Source: a virus (lineage: Duplodnaviria > Caudoviricetes). Taken from it: 64,000 nt of DNA. Below the pieces are notes generated by a model that was not told the origin of the DNA, made no database searches, and was given only the letters and a program-made list of their open reading frames with translations. The stretch is from IMG/VR virus record IMGVR_UViG_3300023435_000009. The stretch is one strand, 5' to 3'. Position numbers and translations under genes: made by a program. Within the stretch, counting starts at the first letter, position 1; every line of letters begins with the position of its first letter. This document shows, one piece after another, positions 1 through 9,103 of the stretch.

Positions 1-2
1 CT

Positions 3-599
3 CCGGGCGAGACTACGGGACCACACACAATCGTTCCCGACAGGGCGGACAACAGTACGATCCCAGGGGTCGTGTTGGCGTTTGGCAGGCGAAATGAGAA
101 GGGCGACCGACTCGCCGTTGTTGTTGACAGCCTCCGTCGTCCGGCGGCGTTGGAGTACGGTGGTAAGTGGGATCTGTCCCTGGACTTCGATGTGTCCTCC
201 CGTGACGTTTATGTTCAACAGGAGATTGCGGATCAGACTGTTGTGTACCTCTGGGGTGTGTTGCGTCCGTTCCTGTCGTCTGAGGGTATGGAGATGATCG
301 ACCTGTCCCTGGGTGGGGAGGCCGAAGAGCCCTACGATGAGAACGGGGACGACTACTTCTACACGTCGAACTTTTCCATGACGGTGGAGACAGATTGGTC
401 TATCCATGTGCCCCTTGGTGTGTTCCTCCGCCAAGCGGCCCCCCTTACGGTGGAACAGGCTCGGTTGGTGGCACAGATGACGGACGAGCAGCTTGACGGC
501 TGGCAGGGGAACATCCAGATGTTGGAGAGCCTGGGATTGGAGACGATCACGGATCCATTCTTCTCAGGACGGAACAGTACATACGAGACTATTCGCTAA
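3..599 (+). CDS. 5'-truncated gene, probable tail completion/terminator-type protein
   Basis: Frame 3 is open from position 3 (PGETTGPHTIVPDR...) into the listed 72..599 ORF, so the gene starts upstream of the window. Product inferred from position before the sheath and a beta/alpha pattern (WDLSLDFDVSSRDVYVQQEIAD). Confidence 0.55.
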   Translation, partial: PGETTGPHTIVPDRADNSTIPGVVLAFGRRNEKGDRLAVVVDSLRRPAALEYGGKWDLSLDFDVSSRDVYVQQEIADQTVVYLWGVLRPFLSSEGMEMIDLSLGGEAEEPYDENGDDYFYTSNFSMTVETDWSIHVPLGVFLRQAAPLTVEQARLVAQMTDEQLDGWQGNIQMLESLGLETITDPFFSGRNSTYETIR

Positions 600-609
600 G
601 AGGTGCGCT

Positions 610-1047
610 TTGCCCCTTTACACCTATCAGTGCCAGTGTGGAATTCAATTCGAGGGTCACGCTTCGGTGAAGCACCGCCTGCTCCCCAAGAAGTGTCAGT
701 GTGGGGAGGAGGCGGAGCGGATGATCCCCGAGGACGTGACCGGCAGCTTCCATCAGGATGTGAGTGGCCCGGTCCCACAAAATACGGGTGTCTCGCAGTA
801 CGATCTAGAAGCCGACCGAGCTATTGGAGCTTCCGCCCAGCAAGGGTGGGAGGTTGCAGACCAGCGGTTGCAGGAGAAACGAACCATCCTTGGTCATCAC
901 CCTGAGGCTTCCGGGTATGACCTCTCCCGGAATCCTGATGGGACGTACCGGGTGCTGACCGCTGAGGAGCGGGCTGTTCATGACCGAGCGCTTGCCATCA
1001 ATGACAAAGCGATGAACCAGGACAAGGAAGAAGAACCTCCCAAGTAG
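610..1047 (+). CDS. FmdB-family-like zinc-ribbon protein
   Basis: True start likely TTG at 610 (AAGAGG at 598-603), giving MPLYTYQCQCGIQFE...KKCQCGEEAER, which matches the MPxYxYxCxxCG...C N-terminus of FmdB-type Zn ribbons. The listed 493 start overlaps the previous gene. Confidence 0.75.
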   Translation: MPLYTYQCQCGIQFEGHASVKHRLLPKKCQCGEEAERMIPEDVTGSFHQDVSGPVPQNTGVSQYDLEADRAIGASAQQGWEVADQRLQEKRTILGHHPEASGYDLSRNPDGTYRVLTAEERAVHDRALAINDKAMNQDKEEEPPK

Positions 1048-1071
1048 CCTTCTCTTTTCTCAGTGCCATCC

Positions 1072-1086
1072 CGTTTTTGCTTCAAT
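1072..1086 (+). promoter_or_regulatory. putative late-promoter motif CGTT-N8-AAT
   Basis: CGTT tttgcttc AAT in the intergenic region before the sheath; same spacing as six other copies in the window. Confidence 0.4.
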
Positions 1087-1191
1087 AACCAGGACTCATT
1101 AGAAAGGGCATAAGCCATTCCCGGTTTTGACCGTGGCTAAATGTGTCGATTTTTTGGGCTGAACATTGAAGAGAACATGTGAGGTGGACAG

Positions 1192-4100
1192 ATGCCATTT
1201 CCTGGTCAAAATTATGCTCCTCCGGGCGTTTTCACGACGACACTATTTGAAAACCCTTTGGCATCGGCTCTGGAGAGCCTCAAGATTCCCATCATCATTG
1301 GTGAGGGAAATGAGAACCTCATCCAGCAAGACCTGGAGATCGTCCGTGGTTCCTCTTCCACGGTGGATCAGCGGGTTGTCGGTGAGGACGAGTCTCTTCG
1401 TGCTGTCGTGGTTGAGTCTGCCACAGGTCAGATCACCCTGGGTGCCTGGGACGGAGTCCTGGACAAGCTCCAGGTGGTAAACTACCCCATCGTCACTGGT
1501 GACGGTACGGGCACTACGACCACAAGCCGCACTGACGTGACCGTGACCATCAATAACGAGGTCATCGCCGTCCGTTCCGTGGCCGGGTCCACCGGACTTG
1601 TACAGCTTGCAACCGTTCCCTCGCCCGGAGACGTCGTCCGCTGTACCTACTACTTCGATCGCACGGACACCCTGCTGACCGATGACGTGTCGGAACAGGT
1701 GCCCAACCGTCTGGCGACCGTGAAGGCTCTCTCGGGTCTCGCAGACGTGGACGCCCCGAACTCCACCAGTGCCGTCCTGGACATCCACGGCGATATCACG
1801 GTGGGTGGTGTGGTTGTGGATGCGGCCAACAACGTTGTCAACCTGGTGGTTGACAGTGTGGCCCGTTCCATTGCCCTTCCGGCACGCAGCACCTACACGA
1901 TGGCTCAGATTGCAGCAGCGATCACAGCGGCCCGTGCGGGGACGCTGACGGCCACCACCTTCGTGAACAGCTACGGACACTCTACGCTGTCCCTGCTGGC
2001 CACCTATAGCGTGTCTGTAGCGGATGGGAGTGCCAACGGGCTGCTCGGCCTCATCGCTGGGCTGGCTGATAACCGGGTCTCCACCTTCTACACCTTCCAA
2101 GGTCCCATCGTGGACGGTTCCGGCGGTGGTGTGACCACGACCGACCCCTCCCACGTTGTGGTGCGGGTGGATGGTGTCCAGGTCATCCCCTCGTCCGTGG
2201 ACGGTGCCTCCCGTGCAGTGACCCTGTCTCGGGCACCCAAAGCGGGTGCGGTGATGTCCATCCAGTACTACTGGAACACCTGGCAGGATACGTTCGATTA
2301 CCTGGCTCACATCGCCGTCACATCGGTGACTCAGTGCGGTTCGGTGCCAGGCGTCAGCGACTACACCCAGGGTGCCGACTTCATCCTTGAGGATGATCGC
2401 ATCATGTGGGGCACGGCAGCCACGGTGATTGCGGGGATCAATACGGTCGGATCGGAGCCGTTCGATGACACCCAGATCGGTCTGTCCCTGGTGGACAACC
2501 GGACCTTCCTCGGGGCATGCACCCCGGTGGTGTCCGCTGCTGGTGGTGTGTCCACGGACTCCCGCCTCAGCTTCCAGCTTCCCGTGAGTCCTACGCTGGG
2601 AAACGGGCGGGATACACCGCTCGGTCAGAGCCTCTACCAGACCATCAGCAACAATCGGATCGACGTGGCAACCAACCGTCCTGATGTCGTGTGGGCCTAC
2701 TGGGGCTACGACGTCCAGGATGCGATGGCACGGGGCAAGGTTGAAGTGCTGAAGGTTGAAGGTTCCGTCCTCACCTTGGCGGAGGCCGTTCCTCCGGGTG
2801 CCTCGGTGTGGGCAACCGTGTACTACAACGTTCTCACCGACGCCACCTACACCATCGCCAACGAGGCAGCGGGTGCCTCGGGTGTTGGTCAGTACGCCGT
2901 GAAGAACGCCCTGGGCGCTTCCATCTTCGGTGCCTCAATCACCGCAGGGAGTAAGGGTGCGGCTCTTGTAGGAGTCACTGTGGAATTCCCCTCCGGTTCC
3001 GAGTTGAACCCGGACTTCCACTATGAGTCCGTGAGTGGCGACTTCTTCACGGGGCCTGTTGACGAGATCGTTACGGTCCAGTTTGCAGCCCGGAAGGCAT
3101 CCCCGGCCAAGTATGGCCTCTCCGGTGCCGGACCCTATGCCTTCATCGATGGTCAGTCCGACCACCTCCGTGTCCAGGTACATGGGATTGAGGCAACCTC
3201 GACGGCGGGCCTCGATCTGGCATCCCCCTCGGCGGTCCTCACCCACACGGGTGGCTTCTTCGCCTCCCTCGTCGGAACTGAACTGGCATACGAAGGCGGC
3301 GTTGGTTCCGTGGAGGGTGAGAGCGTTACGATCACGGCGGATGAGACCCTCACACTGATTGTGGACGACGTCAGCATCCCGGTGGTGTTGCCCCCGGCGA
3401 CTGCCGTGGATGCCACCTACTTTGCAGACCGTATTAATGAGCATGCCAGCGGGCACGGCGGGCTGGCTCAGGGTGGATCCATTGCAAGTACCCTCGTGTT
3501 GAGCGCTACCGCTACGCCCCCCGCAGCGGCGACCTCGGACGACTACTACAACGGCTGGGTCATTGTAGTCGGCAACGGTGGTGCAGGCACCGCCGGTCAG
3601 GCTGTGACCGTGACGGACTACGACGGCGTCACCCAGACGGCGACGGTGACCCCCGTATGGGCCGCAGCGTCTCCGATTGTCACGGATCCCTACTTCATCT
3701 ACAACCCCAACACGGTGGCGCTCTATACAGGAGCCACCAAGTTCGACGGTCCCGTCACACTGGCGGTTGGCCTGCATGATAAGATGCGTATGGTCTACAC
3801 AGGCGACGTGTCCGGTGCGCTGGTGTTTACCGCTGGCAACACGGTGGATCTGGGTGATGGCCCCTTCGCCACGGCAGCGCTTCTCGCCGCCGAGGTCACC
3901 TCACAGACCGCTGTTCAGGTCACAGCCCTCGCCTCGGTAGCGCACGCAGGACTGATCATTACCTGTGCAGCGAACGCCGATGGGCAGTTGCAGTTCAGCA
4001 TGCAGCTTCCGGGCGTGGACACTGCCGGATCTTTGCAGTTCCTCGACGCAGCAACCGCCGCTGAGGACTTCGCAATCCTGGCGGGTCTTGACACAGGGGC

Positions 4101-6501
4101 TGCCGCTGCCGGTGGTCAGGCTGCCCTGGTACAGGGTCCGATTGCTCGGGCCTACGAGTGCCCCGTGACCGGCGAGTACAAGCCCTATGACCGGATCATC
4201 CTCCGCAACCGCTTCCTGCCAGGTGGTGGCGGAAGCATGGCTGCCGACTTCGTGGTGTCCCAGACCGAATTGGGGGTCCAGGTCGGAAACGACATCGTTG
4301 GGCTGGCTACGGGAGACACCGGATACGCCGGGTCCGCCGCTGTTGTTCACCCCGCTACGATGTACGGGAACGTGGGCATCATTGGTGGTCAGGATGCAGT
4401 CACGGCAGAGCCTGCGGTTCTGTTCTATGACGGTACGGGCACCCAGGGAGCGAACGACGACTTCCTCTTTGAGTTGGACGGTACCCCGGTAGAGGTGAAC
4501 TTCACCGCTACCCCCACGGGAACGTCCACGGCGCTGGGTCCGATCACGGCTGTCGCCTCGGTTCTCGGTCAGATCGTTGCAGCGATGGCAGCCGTTCCGG
4601 GCGCACCCTGGGGCAACGCAGCCGCAGTCATCGCTGCCGGGCTGGTTATCCAGGAAGGTGCAGGCACCCGCCTCAAGGGTGTCCTGACGAACGAGCAGGC
4701 CAAGATCGTTATCGGGTCTGGGAACGCCAACGGCTCCATCGGGTTCGGTTCCGGTGCCGCAGCATTCCGCTCCCTGGTGGAGACCAAGAAACTGGCATCT
4801 GCTCTGATGAGTCACCAGATTGCCACTTTCAACGACTGGACTTTGGATCCCACCGCCGTCCCCGGTGGTGGAACCCACACCTTCGTCCGTTATGGATTCG
4901 CTACGGTGGTCCTGGACGAGACCGACGCTGAGTTCCTGTACATCCAGGACGCTCCGGCACTGACGGCTTCCTTGGGGAGCGCATCCAGCGTGACCGTCAG
5001 GGATCCCAGCCCGAACGTGCAGAGCGCTCTGTTCTACGGCACGGGCCTCACCTCCGAGGACGGCGACGGTGCGGTGGGTGACCCGGCACTGGATGGCTAC
5101 TTCGTCATTTCCAGCAACAGCGCTGGGTCCGGTTCCGTTGCCACCTCGGTGCTCAACAACGGTACGGGCCAGGACGGTGTGGTCGGACAGACCTACATCG
5201 ATGACGTGACCGGCCTGACCTTCACGATCCTCCCGAGGAACTGGAGCACGGATAAGGTCGGTCCCTGGATCAGCTATCCCACGGGTGCCACGGCAATCTT
5301 CCGGGTCGCCTGTTCCACGACGTTCACCTGTGACGCCAACATCCCGGTCCGGGTTATTCCCGGTGTGGAGATGAAGGTGGCCAACACTGTGAACGTGGCT
5401 GTCGATGATACGGCGACGGTGAAGACCTACGAGCGTGCGGGCAACGAGCCCTCCATCGGTGACCTGTACTACGCCAGCTACATCTACACGAAGCAGGACT
5501 TCACGACTCAGTTCTACACCAAGATGTCCTCGGTGGAGGCAGCCTACGGCTCCCCCATCCCGGACAACCCGGTGTCCCTCGCCACCTACCTGGCGATGTT
5601 GAATGGTGCGGTCCTGGTCGGAGTGAAGCAGGTCCAGAAGGAAGGGACTGGTGAGCAGGCCAGTGTCGCCTCCTACACCGCAGCGATTGCGGAGATGGAA
5701 GGTGTGCTGCCCGGCTTCGTGACCCCCGATATCATCACGCCGATGCGGGGTGATTCGACGGACATGTACCAGATCCTCCGTCGCTCCTGTGACAAGATGA
5801 GCAGCATCCGGTACAAGTCCGAACGGACGGCCATCGTCGGTACGGTCTCGGGAACGCTTCCCACGGATGCAATCTCGCTGGCCCAGACCCTGGGTAGCAC
5901 CCGTATGCGGCTGGTGTACCCGGACATGGCAACCCTCACCGTTCAGGACAACCTGAACAATGTGCGGGAGTATCTGGTGGACGGACCCTTCCTGGCCGCA
6001 GCTCTTGCAGGCTCGGTTGTGTCCCCGAACCTTGATGTGGCGACTCCCTGGACGGGGCGTCGGCTGACCGGGTTCACCCAGCTTGCCCGCCTGCTCGACC
6101 CGGTCGAGGCCAATCAGGTGGCACAGAAGGGTGTGACGATCCTCGAAGACAAGCCTCCGTTCCTGCGGGTGCGGCACGGTCTGACCACGGACATGTCCAA
6201 CATCCTGACCAAGCTGCCGACGATCATCATGATCGCAGACGAGGTGCAGCGGCAGGCCCGGAACGTCCTGGAGAACTTCGTTGGGATCAAGTTCCTGCCC
6301 GGTGTCGTGAGCCAGATCGAGGGTCGGTTGGCGATGATGCTCAAGCGGCTCGTTGCCGCCCAGATCATCAGTGCCTACACCGGAGTCAAGGCCAACATCT
6401 CAGCCGACGATCCCACAATCGCAGAGATAGAGGCGTACTATTCCCCAGTATTCCCACTATTATACCTAATTCTCACCTTTCATTTGAGGTCAAGTTTGTA
6501 G
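1192..6501 (+). CDS. contractile tail sheath protein, very large (1769 aa) with inserted domains
   Basis: N-terminal YAPPGVF motif. C-terminal sheath domain (DEVQRQARNVLENFVGIKF...MLKRLVAAQIISAY...AEIEAYYSPVFPLLYLILTFHL). GAGGTG SD before the ATG; strong GC3 bias. Confidence 0.92.
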   Translation: MPFPGQNYAPPGVFTTTLFENPLASALESLKIPIIIGEGNENLIQQDLEIVRGSSSTVDQRVVGEDESLRAVVVESATGQITLGAWDGVLDKLQVVNYPIVTGDGTGTTTTSRTDVTVTINNEVIAVRSVAGSTGLVQLATVPSPGDVVRCTYYFDRTDTLLTDDVSEQVPNRLATVKALSGLADVDAPNSTSAVLDIHGDITVGGVVVDAANNVVNLVVDSVARSIALPARSTYTMAQIAAAITAARAGTLTATTFVNSYGHSTLSLLATYSVSVADGSANGLLGLIAGLADNRVSTFYTFQGPIVDGSGGGVTTTDPSHVVVRVDGVQVIPSSVDGASRAVTLSRAPKAGAVMSIQYYWNTWQDTFDYLAHIAVTSVTQCGSVPGVSDYTQGADFILEDDRIMWGTAATVIAGINTVGSEPFDDTQIGLSLVDNRTFLGACTPVVSAAGGVSTDSRLSFQLPVSPTLGNGRDTPLGQSLYQTISNNRIDVATNRPDVVWAYWGYDVQDAMARGKVEVLKVEGSVLTLAEAVPPGASVWATVYYNVLTDATYTIANEAAGASGVGQYAVKNALGASIFGASITAGSKGAALVGVTVEFPSGSELNPDFHYESVSGDFFTGPVDEIVTVQFAARKASPAKYGLSGAGPYAFIDGQSDHLRVQVHGIEATSTAGLDLASPSAVLTHTGGFFASLVGTELAYEGGVGSVEGESVTITADETLTLIVDDVSIPVVLPPATAVDATYFADRINEHASGHGGLAQGGSIASTLVLSATATPPAAATSDDYYNGWVIVVGNGGAGTAGQAVTVTDYDGVTQTATVTPVWAAASPIVTDPYFIYNPNTVALYTGATKFDGPVTLAVGLHDKMRMVYTGDVSGALVFTAGNTVDLGDGPFATAALLAAEVTSQTAVQVTALASVAHAGLIITCAANADGQLQFSMQLPGVDTAGSLQFLDAATAAEDFAILAGLDTGAAAAGGQAALVQGPIARAYECPVTGEYKPYDRIILRNRFLPGGGGSMAADFVVSQTELGVQVGNDIVGLATGDTGYAGSAAVVHPATMYGNVGIIGGQDAVTAEPAVLFYDGTGTQGANDDFLFELDGTPVEVNFTATPTGTSTALGPITAVASVLGQIVAAMAAVPGAPWGNAAAVIAAGLVIQEGAGTRLKGVLTNEQAKIVIGSGNANGSIGFGSGAAAFRSLVETKKLASALMSHQIATFNDWTLDPTAVPGGGTHTFVRYGFATVVLDETDAEFLYIQDAPALTASLGSASSVTVRDPSPNVQSALFYGTGLTSEDGDGAVGDPALDGYFVISSNSAGSGSVATSVLNNGTGQDGVVGQTYIDDVTGLTFTILPRNWSTDKVGPWISYPTGATAIFRVACSTTFTCDANIPVRVIPGVEMKVANTVNVAVDDTATVKTYERAGNEPSIGDLYYASYIYTKQDFTTQFYTKMSSVEAAYGSPIPDNPVSLATYLAMLNGAVLVGVKQVQKEGTGEQASVASYTAAIAEMEGVLPGFVTPDIITPMRGDSTDMYQILRRSCDKMSSIRYKSERTAIVGTVSGTLPTDAISLAQTLGSTRMRLVYPDMATLTVQDNLNNVREYLVDGPFLAAALAGSVVSPNLDVATPWTGRRLTGFTQLARLLDPVEANQVAQKGVTILEDKPPFLRVRHGLTTDMSNILTKLPTIIMIADEVQRQARNVLENFVGIKFLPGVVSQIEGRLAMMLKRLVAAQIISAYTGVKANISADDPTIAEIEAYYSPVFPLLYLILTFHLRSSL
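6446..6460 (+). promoter_or_regulatory. putative late-promoter motif CAGT-N8-TAT embedded in the sheath 3' end
   Basis: CAGT attcccac TAT lies within the A/T-rich terminal codons of the sheath gene. Confidence 0.45.
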
Positions 6502-6538
6502 GGCAGCCACTATTCAGCGTAAAAGAGCCTAGTAATCC

Positions 6539-6567
6539 TTGACGACCTCCTGATTTCCCGGTATCGT
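6539..6567 (+). promoter_or_regulatory. sigma70-type promoter for the endonuclease gene
   Basis: TTGACG (6539-6544), 17 nt, TATCGT (6562-6567), followed by AGGAGG and ATG at 6587. Confidence 0.65.
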
Positions 6568-6586
6568 GGATTTAGGAGGTGGCTCA

Positions 6587-8557
6587 ATGGGTGGACCAAG
6601 ATCTAAAGCAACTCAGGAAGAAATCCTAGACCCTTTTGCGACGACGGAGCCTTTCAAAGCTGTTGCTCGTCGTTTGGGCATGAGTCCCAACACTTTACGA
6701 GTTAAATGGAAGGCCGCTTTTGGGGAAGATGCCTTTGTCGCACGTGGCAAAAAGCTCCAGGCTGCTGCGGCTGCCAAAACATGTCGGGCTACGGCTAACT
6801 CTCGTGTGTACAAGGACGTTACAGTGGCATGTTCAAAGTGTCATAGTCCTGTCGTTCTGAAAGCTAATCAGACGGCACACATGGAGTTAACAACTTTCGT
6901 CTGTGAAAATTGCCGTTGTGATCGTGCTTGTCCTGTGTGTGGCTTACAGGTAGTTGGGGAAGGGGGTCTGGCGGGACATTTCGGACGTCGTAGAAAGGCG
7001 GGGGACGAGGCGCACATTCGTTATCAGGATGCCCAAAGGGAAGCCCGTTGGGCTAGTGTCACACAGGGGGTTGACTACGTCGTCTGCCTTGTCTGTGGTC
7101 ATCGTTCGAAGTCTTTGGCTCGACATTTGAAAGCGGCACATGGGATTACGGCGGATCAGTACCGTGCTCAGTATGGTCGAGATGTTCAGATTCGTTCCCT
7201 AAAGGTTGAACGGGCAATGTCTGACGCTGCTAGGACTAGGGATGGTGGACATGGTACAGGCGAGGTTAAGTCCGTCACCTGTCCGGGGTGTGGTACGCCC
7301 CATGACGTTTCCAAGTTTTTGGGTTGGATGCATGACAGTCGTTGTCCCTCCTGCCAACAGAAAGCCGAGGATACCAGATGGGCTGACAAGTTCGAACCTG
7401 AGGATTACGTGACTTGTTTAGAGTGTGGGTACAGAGCGGAGAACCTAACTAGCCACATACAGAACGCTCATCCTGGGTACCGACAGCAACACCCAAAAGC
7501 CTTAATGGTAGCTTTGTCATCAGCAATACGGGACAAGTCTGTATTACGAGGGCGACGACTGTCGGATGAAACCCGACAGAAGATGTCCGAGAATGCCGGG
7601 CGTTGGAACAAGGGACTAACCAAGGAGGACCATCCGAGCATCGCCCGGAGTTCCAAAAAAATGTTAGGACGGCCTTCTTGGAGTAAAGGATTGACAGCAG
7701 CAGAGGATCCTCGTTTGGCGGAAACTGCCCGGAAGTTGAAATTCTATACTGGAGAGAACCGTCCTTGGGATAATGGGTTGGCTGCTAATTTAACCCTGAA
7801 GGATTTCGAACCCTTTATGGATGCTGATGGCTGTGTTGATCATCATCGGGTGACGGAAGTTACGGGGGTCTCTTGGATCACTGTGCGAAAGTATATCGTG
7901 GACCTGGGGTTGGCTCAGACTCGGCGGTACGTCAGGAACGCTGCTGATGACCGGACGATCCGGTTGGATAAGGCATTACTGGAACAGTTCAAACTGAAGA
8001 ACGGGAAGGTTTCCATTGGTAAAGCGATGTCCGTGACGGGGCATCATTACCCCGTTATCAAGAGGGAGTGTGACCGGCATGGCCTGCCTACCTTTCATCG
8101 GCATATCCGACAAATTCTTTGTTTGGACGCTGTTAGTAAGGCTTTGGGTGACGTGCCCTATGAGATGGAATGGTCCTCCATGAGATATACCAACCCTCCG
8201 ACTGGACGTCGTTTCCGTTTCGATGGTCATTTCCTTCTCCCTGACGCTACCCACCTAATAGTTGAATTCCAGGGTCATCAGCATTACACGTTCCCTAACG
8301 CTTTTATGATTGACGAGTCCTATTTGCCTGAATATGAGGCACTACGGGAGCGTGACCGGATTAAGCGGGAGATGGTCCAGGCTTCGTCCGGATTCCATTA
8401 CCTGGAGGTTACTGAGGATGAGCCCTACCGAGACGTGTCCTATCTACAGGGACGGTTAGTTTCCCTCGGTGTTCTTGAAGCGAAGGCACAGGGTCTTTGG
8501 TTAGGGACGAGGTTGATTTGTCCCGCTCAGGATCAAACTGAGATTAGCCGACCTTGA
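6587..8557 (+). CDS. free-standing homing-endonuclease-like protein (HTH, multiple Zn fingers, NUMOD3-like repeats, C-terminal Vsr/DUF559-like nuclease)
   Basis: ATG 6587 follows AGGAGGT. Contains CxxC pairs, two C2H2-like fingers (CLVCGHRSKSLARHLKAAH; CLECGYRAENLTSHIQNAH), SDETRQKMSE and WNKGLT/WSKGLT repeats, and RFRFDG...VEFQGHQH...RERDRIKR. Lower GC3 than the neighbouring structural genes. Confidence 0.75.
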   Translation: MGGPRSKATQEEILDPFATTEPFKAVARRLGMSPNTLRVKWKAAFGEDAFVARGKKLQAAAAAKTCRATANSRVYKDVTVACSKCHSPVVLKANQTAHMELTTFVCENCRCDRACPVCGLQVVGEGGLAGHFGRRRKAGDEAHIRYQDAQREARWASVTQGVDYVVCLVCGHRSKSLARHLKAAHGITADQYRAQYGRDVQIRSLKVERAMSDAARTRDGGHGTGEVKSVTCPGCGTPHDVSKFLGWMHDSRCPSCQQKAEDTRWADKFEPEDYVTCLECGYRAENLTSHIQNAHPGYRQQHPKALMVALSSAIRDKSVLRGRRLSDETRQKMSENAGRWNKGLTKEDHPSIARSSKKMLGRPSWSKGLTAAEDPRLAETARKLKFYTGENRPWDNGLAANLTLKDFEPFMDADGCVDHHRVTEVTGVSWITVRKYIVDLGLAQTRRYVRNAADDRTIRLDKALLEQFKLKNGKVSIGKAMSVTGHHYPVIKRECDRHGLPTFHRHIRQILCLDAVSKALGDVPYEMEWSSMRYTNPPTGRRFRFDGHFLLPDATHLIVEFQGHQHYTFPNAFMIDESYLPEYEALRERDRIKREMVQASSGFHYLEVTEDEPYRDVSYLQGRLVSLGVLEAKAQGLWLGTRLICPAQDQTEISRP

Positions 8558-8960
8558 TGTCGACGGGCTGGACCTTGGCGGTCTTCCTGAAGGGGATCCT
8601 CACGGTCAGGACACCGTTCACACACTTGGCGTCGATCTTGGCCGTGTCGTACTTCTCATCGAGCAGTACACTGGCGGAGAAGGTGTGTTCCTTGCCGCCT
8701 TGTATGAGAGGGAGCTTGTAGGTGACGTCGATCTGAAGCGACCCCTTCTCGACCTTGATGGTCACATCCTCACGGGTGGCTCCGGGGATGAGCGCCTGGT
8801 ACGTGGACCCCGTGTCATCGTGGACGATCCCATGTACTCCTACCTCGGTGCTTTTCCACTCGGGGGTGTCCTTCCCGAAGAGATCGTCCAGTTTCCTGAA
8901 CATCTCATCGAACCGGGGGCCGAAGATGTTGTCCCCATCGAATCCGCATCTGTCCTTCAT
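8544..8960 (-). CDS. hsp20: small heat-shock protein (Hsp20/alpha-crystallin)
   Basis: IPGATREDVTIKVEKGSLQI...DTAKIDAKCVNGVLTVRIP is the alpha-crystallin domain signature; AAGGAGG SD upstream on the minus strand. Confidence 0.92.
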   Translation of the reverse strand: MKDRCGFDGDNIFGPRFDEMFRKLDDLFGKDTPEWKSTEVGVHGIVHDDTGSTYQALIPGATREDVTIKVEKGSLQIDVTYKLPLIQGGKEHTFSASVLLDEKYDTAKIDAKCVNGVLTVRIPFRKTAKVQPVDIKVG

Positions 8961-8990
8961 TGTGGCCTCCTTTTGCTGCCTACAACCCTG

Positions 8991-9018
8991 AAGGTAACAG
9001 GGCTATGCCTCCTGTCAA
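8991..9018 (-). promoter_or_regulatory. sigma70-type promoter for hsp20
   Basis: Minus strand: TTGACA (9018-9013), 16 nt, TACCTT (8996-8991), preceded by TGn (extended -10). Confidence 0.55.
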
Positions 9019-9051
9019 GATGAAACCTCTGAAAAATCTTTTTTGACAAAC

Positions 9052-9080
9052 TTGACAGCGGGAAGTTGACAGCCTACTCT
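9052..9080 (+). promoter_or_regulatory. sigma70-type promoter for the MerR/VIT-vWA operon
   Basis: TTGACA (9052-9057), 17 nt, TACTCT (9075-9080); extra TTGACA copies at 9043 and 9066. Confidence 0.6.
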
Positions 9081-9103
9081 AGCGAGCAAGGACGGGGGTA
9101 GGA

